From positions 3,410,001 to 3,474,000 of the forward strand of contig NEEC01000002.1 of NCBI GenBank assembly GCA_002189035.1: a stretch of 64,000 nucleotides of DNA, read 5' to 3'. The translations under genes were made by a program, and so were the position numbers. Position 1 is the stretch's first letter. Every line of letters starts with the position of its first letter. This stretch comes from Utricularia gibba (Eukaryota; Plantae; Magnoliophyta). Below, piece by piece: positions 26,575 to 37,849 of this stretch. Under the pieces are notes generated by a model that saw only the letters and a program-made list of their open reading frames with translations, ran no database searches and was not told where the DNA came from.

Positions 26575-28351
26575 ACAAAATTGATTTAAAAATTCTTTCT
26601 TCATTTCCATCCAGCTTCTAATACTTCCAGGTTCAAGTATGTTGAACCAAGTCTTGGCATGTCCTTCAAGAGTAAATTGGAAGACTCTAAGTAGTAAATC
26701 ATCCTCAGTCACGTCCTTGGGTCGCAGCACAGCTCCAACAACAATACAATCATCAATATGCATATGAGGATCCTCATTCTTGTTCCCATAATACTTAGGA
26801 AACAGAGCAAGAGTTCCTGGCCTCAACTTCAAATTAATTGCTGCTGTAGGAAAGGTAATGCAGTGCCCTCGGTATGTATGATCTGGTGACTCATACTCTC
26901 CAATAGTCTTCTCCAAAATATTCACAAGCTGTTGGTTATTTGGTGGGTTGTCAGCCATCTCTTCGGCTCTCAACTTAGCCTCTTGCTGACTTTGTTTGTG
27001 CTTCTTTTTCAGTAATTTTTCGGTCCTCTCGATCTCCAAATAAAGGGGTTCAAATGGACCTAAAAAGGAACGTAAATGCATTAACAACAGAAAAATTAAC
27101 AGACACCATTCCCCGGCAACGGCGCCATTTTGATGAGCGTTGGAATGGGTTGCTAAATGTCGCGGTTTAGAACATTCAACGCATCAAAAGAAATTTATAA
27201 ACCGAGCTATTCTACTACACAAATCACACGAATTAACGTAGTGTGGCAAGCAAGGGTCGAATCCACAGGGAATGGTTGCAATTTTCTGAAGTTCAACACA
27301 ATTACTTGAAACAAGGGAGTTTTCTGGGATTTAAGTCTAATGCGGGTAAGACGTAAAATAACAGTTACTGGAATAAACGAGTTGCAGGGATGAAGAGGGG
27401 CTGAAATTAACCTGAAGGTGCATAAAACATCAAATAAAAGTAATTTGGCTGGGTTTTACACCAGGGTCTAGCTCTCGTGTCACTCAAGTGAGCCCTTAGG
27501 CTTAAACCCAGCTTGGAACGCTTGAAAACAGAGTAATAGTTTGCAGAAACAGAGCATGGTTGGCATGAACAGTAAAAGCGTGTTAAACTTAAAGGCAAAC
27601 ATGGAAAGCTTAACTAGAAACATGTTTATAAACTAAGGCAAGGTCTACAACGAGTTTCGAGTTCACAACAAGGTACCGAAAAGCAAAAGAAAGCATAAAA
27701 ACGACGGCAATAACAGTAGCAAGTTCACGTAGAAGAGGGAGTGTAGAAATCTATAAATAAAAGTTGCAGGATGCTTCTGTGGGCTGGAGATCTGTTGGAA
27801 ATCGAAGTTCTGGCCGGATCGGTGGTGTAGACACGCAGATCTGGAGGTCGTCGGAGACTTGCGTCGGAGAAACGGAGTTCTCCTTGCTCCCGCTCGCTCC
27901 TGTTCGCTGCCTGTGCACTGTGCGTGCACAGTGTTCTCTCTTTTTCTTCTCTCCCTTCCTTTTCCCTTTTGCAGATCAAAAGTAAGGGTAGCTTTGTCTT
28001 TTCCTCAGGCTTCTAGAAGGGAGATCTCTGCTCCATATCTTATCCCTTCAGAAGGGCACTACTTTCGGCGGAAAGTGGCTTTTGCATAGCTTTTCTGTCC
28101 CTTCTGACTTGTCAACGCGGAAAGTGCGCTGCTACAATACTAGCTCTTACCCTGGTAAGACTTAAAACATAGACTAGACAAAATATTAGAGTTTTCGGCT
28201 CAATTGTTGCCAATTGAGCCTGTTTTCACAATAAACACATTCTAGCAGACTAAATATGCAAAAGAAGATAATTTAGCACACTAAATAACATTTATCTCTA
28301 CAAAACATGCTTAAAAACATATATAAAAACATAATAAAAATGGTGTTATCA
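26575..28351 (-). mobile_element. 5' portion of Athila-like element D: LTR, PBS and gag start
   Basis: LTR 27131-28351 is an inverted copy of 25203-26368. PBS TGGCGCCGTTGCCGGGGA at about 27110-27127. Gag PKYYGNKNEDPHMHI..LLRVFQFTLEGHAKTWF..SIRSWMEMKKEFLNQF. Confidence 0.9.
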
Positions 28352-30103
28352 GCCCCTATCATTCAGGCACCTAACTGGAATTTACCTTTTGAGCCAATGT
28401 GTGATGCTAGTGATGTAGCATTAGGAGCGGTCCTTGGACAAAAGTTGGAGAAGGCATCACATGTGATCCACTACGCCTCAAAGTGTCTAGATGATGCACA
28501 ACGGAATTATACGACAACAGAGAAGGAGCTTTTGGCCATCATCTTTCCGTTGGAGAAATTCAGACCCTACTTGCTTGGAGGCAAGATTATTGTTTACTCT
28601 GATCATGCAACGTTGAGGTATCTTCTCAAAAAAAAGCATTCAAAACCTCGTCTTATTAGATGGATCCTGCTCCAAGAGTTTGACATAAAAATCCCAGATA
28701 AGAAGGGATGCGAGAATTCGGTGGCAGATAATCTTAGCCGCATCACCTCTAAAGAAGCATCTAGCCCCATTGACGACAACTTCCCTGATGAGCACTTATT
28801 CATGATCCATGATGGAAGTCCCTAGTATGCAGACATTGTGAATTTTCTTGTAACAGGACATTTTCCGGAGGACTTCCAACCTTATAAAAAGGAGAAGTTT
28901 CAGAGCGAAAGCATGCATTACATTTGGGACAACCCATACCTATGGAAGATTGAGCCTGATCAAATCCTTCGTCGGTGTATCCCTCAAGGTGAAGTGAATT
29001 CAGTTTCTACTCATTGTGATGAACTACCTTGTGGGGGTCATTTTGGTCCAAAAGTCACAACTAACAAGGTCTTGAAAGGTGGCTTCTATTGACCCACTCT
29101 TTTTCGTGATGCATACCTTCATTGCAAGGCATGCCCTAATTGCCAAAGAGGTAGATCAGGGACCAAATGCCGCTTCAGCCTATCGAAAATGTGCGAGATT
29201 TTCGACGTTTGGGGTATTGACTTCATGGGACCATTTACTTCAGCAAAGGGAAAGATCTACATCCTTCTTGCTGTTGATTATGTTTCTAAGTGGGTCGAGG
29301 CCATGGCATGTGACAAAGATGATGCAAGGGCAATAAGCTATTTCTTGACTTCTCACATTTTTCCTAGGTTTGGCTATCCTAAGATTCCCATTTCTGATAG
29401 AGGTACCCACTTCGTGAACCATGTCATAAGGGCCATGCTAACAAAATTTGGAGTTCATCATCGTCTTTCTATAGCTAGGCAACCTTAGACTAATTGGCAG
29501 GCTGAAAACTCAAATTGAGAGATCAAACGCATCCTGGAACGAATAGTGAATCCGAGTAGAAGAGACTGAAGTCTCAAGTTGAATGATGCATTGTGGGCCT
29601 ATCGCGCAGCTTACAAAAATCCCATTGGAATGTCTCCCTTTCGCATGATCTATGGGAAGTCTTGCTACCTTCCAGTAGAGATTCATCACAAAGCGTACTG
29701 AGCCGTCAAAGCATGCAGCATGATTAGTGATCAAGCAGGAGAAAAGAGATTACTTGATCTGAATGAATTAGAGGAAATCCGCTTGAACGTCTACTCCAAT
29801 CACTTGATCTACAAGGAGAAGGTAAAACACTTCCATGAAAGTAAGTTGCATGAGAAGAAATTTCGAGTTGGTCAGAAAGTTCTTTTATATAATACCACTT
29901 TGAACTTTTTTCCTAGAAAACTGAGATGTAAATGGCAAGGACCTTATGAAGTTTCACATGTTTTCTCTTATGGTGCTGTTGTTATACGTTCTTATGAGAC
30001 AGGGAAATGTTTCAAGGTCAATGGTCATAGGTTGAAACCGTATTATGAGAACTTTCACCCGCAAACAGCCTACTGTTTGCTCTTACTCGAGGATCATCAG
30101 TAG
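28352..30103 (+). pseudogene. pol remnant of element C (RNase H and integrase)
   Basis: [70 protein letters not shown]. Stops and frameshifts present. Confidence 0.92.
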
Positions 30104-30342
30104 CATACCAAGTTGGCCAACGACTTTAAATTGGCACTGCGCAGGAGGCAACTTGTGAGCTAATTTTCTCTTTCCTCTTTTACTTTTGTTTGACGTTGCA
30201 TGTTTCCCCAGTATTCTATTAGGATTACACACTATCCCACACATGATCATCGAGAGATATTGATTATTCTACTTTCCTTTCCCCCCATGATTATCCACCT
30301 TGGAACCGTTCTCTCACCATAACTGCCCATTTCCCCATTCAC

Positions 30343-31627
30343 TGTAACGACCCAAAAAGAGGGCCTAGGAGCCATGGTCGTTACCCCACCCAGAAATGTG
30401 GCCTGTCTTCTAGGTGGCTTTGGTTTGATCCGTTTAACCCACATGGACACGAGATTACCGGGGAATGTCTTATTCATAAATACGAGCAAGAAGGTTCAAA
30501 CATAGTCCACGAAATCATGTCAAAACACAAGGAAAAACATGAGCAAAACAACAGCCTTCCATTCCCCAGTCTCCTCGGTTCTCCGAGTTCACTCCGTCAG
30601 CCCTTCCGCCTCTCCGCCAGTCTTTGCACGACCAGAACCTTCACCTACACATAAGTTTGTAAGGGGTCAACATATGCATAGGGTAGACCACACTACAAGC
30701 CATAAACACATCAGCATAAGCATGGCACATAGCATCATAAGCATATCATCAGCACATATCGTCGTAAGAGCATAAACATATAATTGTAAAGACCCATTGG
30801 TCACAAGGGGCATGCATTCCATGATGGCACATCACGTTACCGTCGGGAGGGATACCAGCCACAATAATCCGTCCCAACCCCGCTCCCTTTGGAGCTCACG
30901 GCGATATCTACCCCCAAACTCATGTTGGGTTGACGTCGGAGATACCTCGACGAAGGGTCCGACCCTGCCCCTTCGGGCTCATCAACTTATGGCCCTTCAG
31001 CCCTTATTCGTACTTTCCAGCTCATGCTTCCCCTTACCTTCGTGTGGCTCCTTCCCCTTCTGCCAAACCGTGACCTCCTCCTTCCGTATCTCGGCATGTT
31101 GGCGCTCCTTCTCTGATTTCCAATGTCCAACCCGCCACCATGCCAAGCCCTTATATACTACCTCCCAACCGTTGGGCTTCTGAGCCCTTTCCACTTCCAA
31201 CCCTTCACCTTACGGGCCTAGCATATGAAAGGTCGGCCCTCTTACCCTTCTTAGGCCCTTGGACTCTTCTCAAACACCCCATTGGGCCAATCCATACCAG
31301 CCATATCTCCCATAACACTTGGGCTCGCGACCAATCTCCGCCCAGCGTCCAGCGCGTCACTCACCATCCCTTGGACACGCATGCTTGCTCGATCGTACAG
31401 AGTCCCGTAGCTCGAGTGGGTCTCTCCCACGAGCACTCTCGGGGTTCGCCCAAGAGTCCGGTAATCCTCTGACAAGAGTTGCACGCCATGTTTGGATCCG
31501 ACCGACTCTTCGCGCGCGGACAGCCAAGCAGAGGGGTTCCTCGTAGCTATTCCATGTTCGTCCCCTTGGCTTCTCTGCATGCTGAATCATCATCGAAATG
31601 CCACATACGTCAACCCGGGTTATGACA
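30343..31627 (-). mobile_element. Solo LTR, Tekay-like
   Basis: Termini TGTAACGACCC..GGGTTATGACA, flanked by ATTCAC on both sides. A TATA-like TATATAAGGG lies on the minus strand, on which the orientation call rests. Confidence 0.85.
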
Positions 31628-31692
31628 ATTCACACCACTACTTCCATCACTAACCCACTTTCCCCACTTTTCCGTAAGACATTCCCCTACTT

Positions 31693-33294
31693 TTGCAAAT
31701 TTCCAGTTTACCTTCTTCCTCACCCTTGCAAACCATCACGGAGGAACCGACAGCGTTCTACTTCACCCTCACCGAGACCTCACAAACGCCAGTCTGTGCC
31801 TCTCCCAGAAACTTCTTCCTGGGAGCTTTCTCCATTGTTTTCCCCAGTCTCTTAAGTCGAACTTCCCCTGTTTTATACCTCCCATGGAAAGATGAGGAAC
31901 CTTCGGCAGCCCAGGAAACGCCCGCTGCAACCCCGGAGAAGACAGCCACACCTGAACCTGTTGCAAATGACACATCGGAGCAAGCTGCTGTTGCAACCAA
32001 GGCTCATACTAATAGCTCCGATGAAGATTTTCAACTGGACGACTTGGAGGAAGAAGAGGAAAAAACTGAAGCAGAAGAGGCATCCAGCCCACCAGCTACT
32101 GAACGCAGACGCTCACCCCATGAGGAAGAGGAAGGTGAGGATGATAATATTGATTCTGAAGTGGATTTGTGGATTGCAGAAATGCAGGGAGCCGCAAACG
32201 AAGGACCACCACTAACGTTCCAAGATGGGAAGGAGGCCATCAATGCTGGCCAACCAAGCAGGCAGCATGGAAAAGGACAACGCGTGCGACAAAAGTTCTG
32301 GCAAGACCGTTTGTTGGAGTCTCCAGCCTGGACTCAACTCCGGGACACTGTCAGGTTTCCCAACAAGAAATCTCATGCCCTTTTTAATGTTTTAACTAGT
32401 CGTCGCATATTGTTTGCTTTTCGTTTACATGCTCCTACATTAGCTCATCTGAACTTGACGCATGATATTAAGTGCATGTTTGAATTTTCTCCTAAATGGT
32501 GTCGGTTTTCAGAAATTGAACTTCCTGTTTTCTCGAAATTAGTCTTCGAGTTCTATGCTACTTTTTCTTTTGATGATGTGGAAGGGAACCCCATTATAGA
32601 ACCTCTCATTTCCTTTTGGTTGGGTGGGAAAGAACTCTCTGTGAATGATTTTAATGTTGCTCTTGGTTTTGTGTCAGAAGATGAACTTACTTATGCTCGT
32701 TATTTGCAAACTTGCTGTGATTATCCCCCGTCATTTGATGTTCATACTGCTTATGGTTCCATATCTGTGTGTGAACCACCCTTTCTTAGTTCAAACTCAA
32801 GGCCCCTCACTTGAGGGCCCTTGCACTGTTAGTTTTGAACAGGTATCTCAGAGGATGCTATTCTGCCACTCGCCAGGGCACCAGTGTGGTCTCCAAGGTG
32901 GTAGTGTTCTTCCTCTGGGCGATGATGAAGAAGATCCCAATCAACCTTGGCTGCTGGATCGCCATGCACATGAATCGTGTACCATCGCAAAGCGAATGAG
33001 TGCTCCCATTCGCATCCCTCATCACTAAGCTCACGATGCACCTCAACGTGGATCTCACTACCAACACACCCAAGGTAGACGCCGATTTCCGATACCTTGA
33101 TTTGGTTGACCTTTTTCAGTGCAGCTACCTCAAGGAAGCTGGAGGCCGGGCACATCTTTGTCCAAGCAGGAACAAAGAGTAAGACCACCGTGATGCCGCA
33201 CACAATTTTAGATCCATACAGTGACTCGTCTGAAGTTCCTCTCGAGACTACCTCTGCATCTCCGGACAAACACACCCTCCTGCTGGCTCTTTAA
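31693..33294 (+). pseudogene. Additional post-pol ORF of element C (Athila env-like/putative plant transposon protein)
   Basis: 373-aa ORF with an acidic N-terminal region and PVFSKLVFEFYATF..ISFWLGGKE, continuing after a stop with FFLWAMMKKIPINLGCWI..LPFASLITKL. It lies between pol and the 3' non-coding region. Confidence 0.65.
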
Positions 33295-33441
33295 GATCTA
33301 CAGCGCTAGATCACCACACTATCATCCAAACTAGACACCCTACTCACCTGCCTGCTGCGCCATCACTAAGGTACCCGTCCACCGTGCTTGATGATGAGGG
33401 AATCCTCAAAGTTAAGTGTAGGGGAGGAGCTCTTCTCTATC

Positions 33442-34516
33442 TGATAACACATATTTTTGAGTTGCTCAATGCATAGAATTTACTCATTTTGTGCTACAAA
33501 AATTAATCTTTATTGCCTAGTTTTATATTTTTGCACATAAGTACCGTAGTAGTCCCAACGTTCTAATAGTTTTCTTTGAGCAATGCAGCATAGGTTGCAA
33601 CACAAATCCCAAGGAGCCGAATATGAACAGTGTAGCGGCAGAGAAGGTGGCATAATTCTGAAAAAGAGTACACACAAAGTCCAAGGAGGTGAAAAAGTGA
33701 GATTTTGGACAAAAAGGGGGGGAAGATGAGAGAGAAGGTAGATCTCCCCTTGGAGACTAACGAATAGCTTTTTGGAGAAGGTTTCTGGGAGAAAGAAGAA
33801 GGAAGACAAACAAGAACGAAGCTGAAGTTCAAGACAAATTTCTGTTTTCGAAGAATATTACTCCTAGCTAAGAGTAGCTAGCGACGTTTTTAGTTTTTGT
33901 CGACATTTCACACTACTTGCTTGTTTGCTATTGTGGGTGATGTTTTCTTTTCCACTTTCGTTTACCTTAAGCATGAGTGGCTAAGCACTTAAGGGGGTGC
34001 CTTGGCTAAGCATCCTTAGACTTAATAAACCATGAGTCACGCCACTTCCTTAACAAACCAGGATAGATCCAGGAGGGGGAAGTAGTGAAACCCAACTTAA
34101 CAACCCTAATTAGAGGTAGACCAAAGATTAGGGAGAAAAACAAGAATCCGAGTAGACCTAGATCTTGTGAGTTCGTTGTATGATTTATGATTTAGGTGAG
34201 CTTGTTTAGTGATAGGCATACATTCCCTAGGAGTCCCAAGGCATCACCCATTCCATTCCAAAAACTACCGAATCCAAACTTGTTACTTTTCTTTACTGTA
34301 TTTTGTTAGAGTCCTGCCTTAGTGCTCGTTAAGACCAATTTATCAACATGACACTGATTTCATGCTTTGGCTAATCACTTGACAAGCACCTGCTCTTCGT
34401 GTTCGACCCTAACCACTATGCTCATAATTATTTTATGCTTGAATGTGGGTTAGGTTATAAATTTATTTGATAGGAAAATTTGCATTTAACGACATTGCAT
34501 AATTTTTCGTTTATCA
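33442..34516 (+). mobile_element. Solo LTR, family B
   Basis: TGATAACAC..CGTTTATCA ends and TSD CTATC/GTATC. Homologous to 21342-22148. Confidence 0.88.
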
Positions 34517-37500
34517 GTATCGATCGAACTATTTACTTGCTTCAGTATTAGGACAATTTTTTTGCATGTTTTGTTTTCTATATTTGCATTTTTATCTTGA
34601 GTCTGCCCCATATCATGCTTCCTAAGTTAGATGACATCCATGCTTAGGTATTCCTTACGCCTGATTCATGATTAGGGTGCTTAGACTTATCTTGCTACTA
34701 GGAAAACTTTCTAGAATTTTCCTTACTCTAAATTTATTGCTTTTATGACATGCATTAGGATTGAGACTTGTTTAGGATTGCTCTCACGTTTCTGTTGTAC
34801 ATTCGCAGCCCAGTGACACCTCACTTCAAAAAAAAAAAAGAAGGGATGCCAAAGGTAAGAATTGTCTGGCAAAACCGTGGATGATGTGAACCTTACTTAT
34901 GCACCACGAATAAGATTTCGTAATCCAGATAGTTCTTCCCCAAAGCGGGGTCCTTATTCAAAAAAAAACGAAAAAAGAGAACAAAAGAAAAGAAAAGAGG
35001 AATAAGTCACTGTGGCCCAAACTTTTGAAAACTAGAGAGCGATCCCGAAACTGTCTCTTCCCTTATTGTGTTGTTTGAGTAGCATGCTTTAAATTGATTT
35101 GAAGAGTTTGGAAAGAAATAGAAGGTGATACATGCAGTTAGATAGGGATAGATTACCTTGGTCATGCATCATGCGTTAGGTACTACTAGAGCTGTGGGTT
35201 GTCTATTTGTTTTCATACTTGAGGACAAGCATGATTTAAGTGTTGGGGAATATGCAAGTGTCATTTTCTCACTATTTCTTAGGCTATTTTTATGCTTAAT
35301 TGTTATTAGAAATATCTAATTAGGAGTCTATAATATGAGATTTAGGTATTTATCTAGTTTAGGGTAATTATCTTAAATCTTGTATTTTATCTAAGAACTT
35401 TGCTAGTTTTAATTGAGTTTTTCTAGAGGTGCACACATAGTAGGAAGTGAGAGAAAGAGGGCAACAGATGGCGACAAATTGGATCTACCTCAGCTAACAT
35501 TCCCTTGATTTCCGGAAGACTGCAGATGCCTAATCATGAGCCTTGACGTGCGGAACACGAGAGTCTCTGACAGGCGACATCATTAGCGTACCAGTGTCAG
35601 AGCAGATGTTTGCTTGCAAGTCACCCCAAGTCCAGCAGAACCACGAGAACACGAAATCTCAGACAAAATAGATCAGCTCAGTTCAGTCCGAAAAAGCTTA
35701 GTTTTACTTCAATTTACTTTTAGACTTTTGTTTCTCTCTCTAGAGGATTTTCCTCTAATTCTCTTTAGAACCTTGTTTTCGTTTCCTTTAATTTGTATGG
35801 CCGTTCGTGGCTAGAAACTTCCGTTTCTGGGTTGGGACACTCCTAAATCTATGTTTCATTAGCTTATCTTCATCTCTTCTTTGAATCCGAACGGGTTCCG
35901 TATGTTTTCACGCGACTATGTTATAGTCTTTCTGTAACAACCCCCTTATTTAAGACTCATGGTTAACTCATCACTACCCGCGAGTTTTGAAGAGGAGCAA
36001 GGTGGAGAGCACCAACTCAAGCCCCTTTGGTAGGAGGAAGACTACATTTTGTCTATGGCCGTACCTTAGGATCAATGGAAAGGTAGTGACCTCGTCTCTA
36101 GACTCATTGGGCCATTGGCAACACTCGGGCATTTGCACACAATTTGGCCGTGAGGGTACACTGGCAGGACCTCTTATTCTCACGTTCGTCCAAGGAAGAG
36201 TAACATCGGGCTATTCCCGTGCCTTCTTACAAGAGAGTGTAAGGGAGGGTAGGCAATTTCTTACTCCTATAACTGGTACTCGAGAAGACTAGAGAAAAGT
36301 GAAGATGCGACGAACATAGCTGGACAGGATTCCAAACCCAGGAACATTCATTTTATTTAAGGTTTATCGCTTACGTTTATTTAAGTTGTCTGTTCAAAAC
36401 CCCTCTTATTCCCTTACTCAAGCTTCATCATTTACGTTTCTTGCACCTTTACTTTCAAAACCAAATTGTGACAGTTGTATTCGGTGTACATCACCTTTCA
36501 CTGAAAAACAACTCCTTGCGTTCGACACCCGTACTACACTTTTGTATTTTACGAGTTTTAAAAAAATATAAAATTTGTTGTGGAAACGACACGCATCACT
36601 CTGGCATTTGGATGTGTTTTTTATCCAAATACAAAATTGGAATTTCTGAGATGTTGTTATGAAAAACTTGATCCTTATACTTATGAAGAGAAAGTGGATA
36701 GAGTTAAAATGACATTGAGAAGATTATTTCATGCTTATGAACAAATGTGGATATTATCTGATCAATCTAGTGTAAATATGTTGAAAGATTCCAATTTATA
36801 TGCACAAGAATGCTCAAAGTTAAAAGGCTCAAGTACATCTTATTCTAAGCTCTTTCTTTAGGTAAGTTTGATTTTTTACCTTGATATATTTAATTTAGTA
36901 TAATATTTTTTATAATATGCATACTTTTTTCTTTGTACAATTGTAGGATTATTGCAAAGAAATGAAGCAATGACTTTCTTGAAGGGTAAATGTGAGCTTG
37001 ATATATATTTGGATATGGAGAACGGAGATGATGATTCTGATATGAATGTTCTAGATTATTGGAAGAAGAACAATTATCGTTTTCCTAAATTATCAGTAAT
37101 GGCAAAAGACATTCTGAGTATTCCAATAGCTACAGTTGCTTCAGAGTCCACTTTTAGTATTGGAAGTTGCATTTTGAGTAAGTATAGAAGCAGATTATTT
37201 CCAAATACAGTGCAATCTCTTATTTGTGCACGTAATTGGTTACATGGATTTAAGGAATTTGATACTTCAAGCAATCATTTTTTTTGTAATATTTATTTTT
37301 TATTAATTGTGCATATCGAATTTAATAATATATTTGAATTTATATGTTTTATTAAAATAGATGAAGATATGGAGATGGAAGATACTCAAGCATATACACA
37401 AGATTCAAATAATGATTGATATTTTGATATAATGTTATCATTTTTTTGCTTTAGGATAATTTTAATTATGTTTTCATGTATTATGTTATTTTTGAATAAG

Positions 37501-37849
37501 TTATATGAATTGAGAATTCATATATTAATTTTAATTTATTTTACGTAAAGTATTCAATGAATATTAGTATTAATATTGAATAATTTATAAAAATATTTTA
37601 TGTATTGTACGGGTAAGCCCGTGGGCCGGCCCAGCCCAAACAATAATCAGGCAAGGGTCATGTCAACAGTAATATGTGTAATCGGGCTTCAGCCTAACCC
37701 TAGCCCGATTTTTGGCAGGAGCCCCTTCGGCCCGACCCAACTTTCATCTCTAATTGGCAGGATGCATAGGCTATCACCTTCCCTTCCTGCATCAGTACAC
37801 ACCCTAGTCCCGTACCTGAGGCATCCGTGTAGGCTATTGGCCTTGCACA

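Larger units (their letters stand above)
24590..36598 (+). mobile_element. Athila-like LTR retrotransposon (family C) with nested inserts and internal deletion
   Basis: 5' LTR from 24590 matches the 3' LTR at about 35251-36598. TSD CTCCG/CTCTG. PPT-like TTGAGGACAAGCATGATTTAAGTGTTGGGGAA precedes the 3' LTR. The gag, PR and RT regions are missing. Confidence 0.9.
23185..37419 (+). pseudogene. hAT transposase, disrupted; split at 24589/36599
   Basis: zf-BED CKCNYCKKMLTCGGKSGTSHLLRH, IVTAHYVDENW, CCAHILNLIVQEGL, YPTSNLYF. The frame rejoins as EYSITLAFGCVF across the 12-kb insert. hATC LDYWKKNNYRFPKLSVMAKDILSIPIATVASESTFS. Multiple stops and frameshifts. Confidence 0.92.
22845..37752 (+). mobile_element. 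hAT DNA transposon (Ac/RICESLEEPER-like) with both TIRs, interrupted by retroelements
   Basis: TIRs TAGGGATGAAA (22845) and TTTCATCTCTA (37752). Degenerate 8-bp TSD GTTGGTAG/ATTGGCAG. GGCCC-rich subterminal regions at both ends. Confidence 0.92.

Noticed and set aside
26479-27087. 202-aa ORF as a novel gag fusion protein
   Set aside because: The tail CLRYGHRQNVVFLLPKG is antisense LTR C sequence (also at 35974-36183) joined to gag by a deletion.
30539-31593. Cluster of overlapping GC-rich ORFs
   Set aside because: All lie inside a solo LTR; long frames are expected from low stop frequency.
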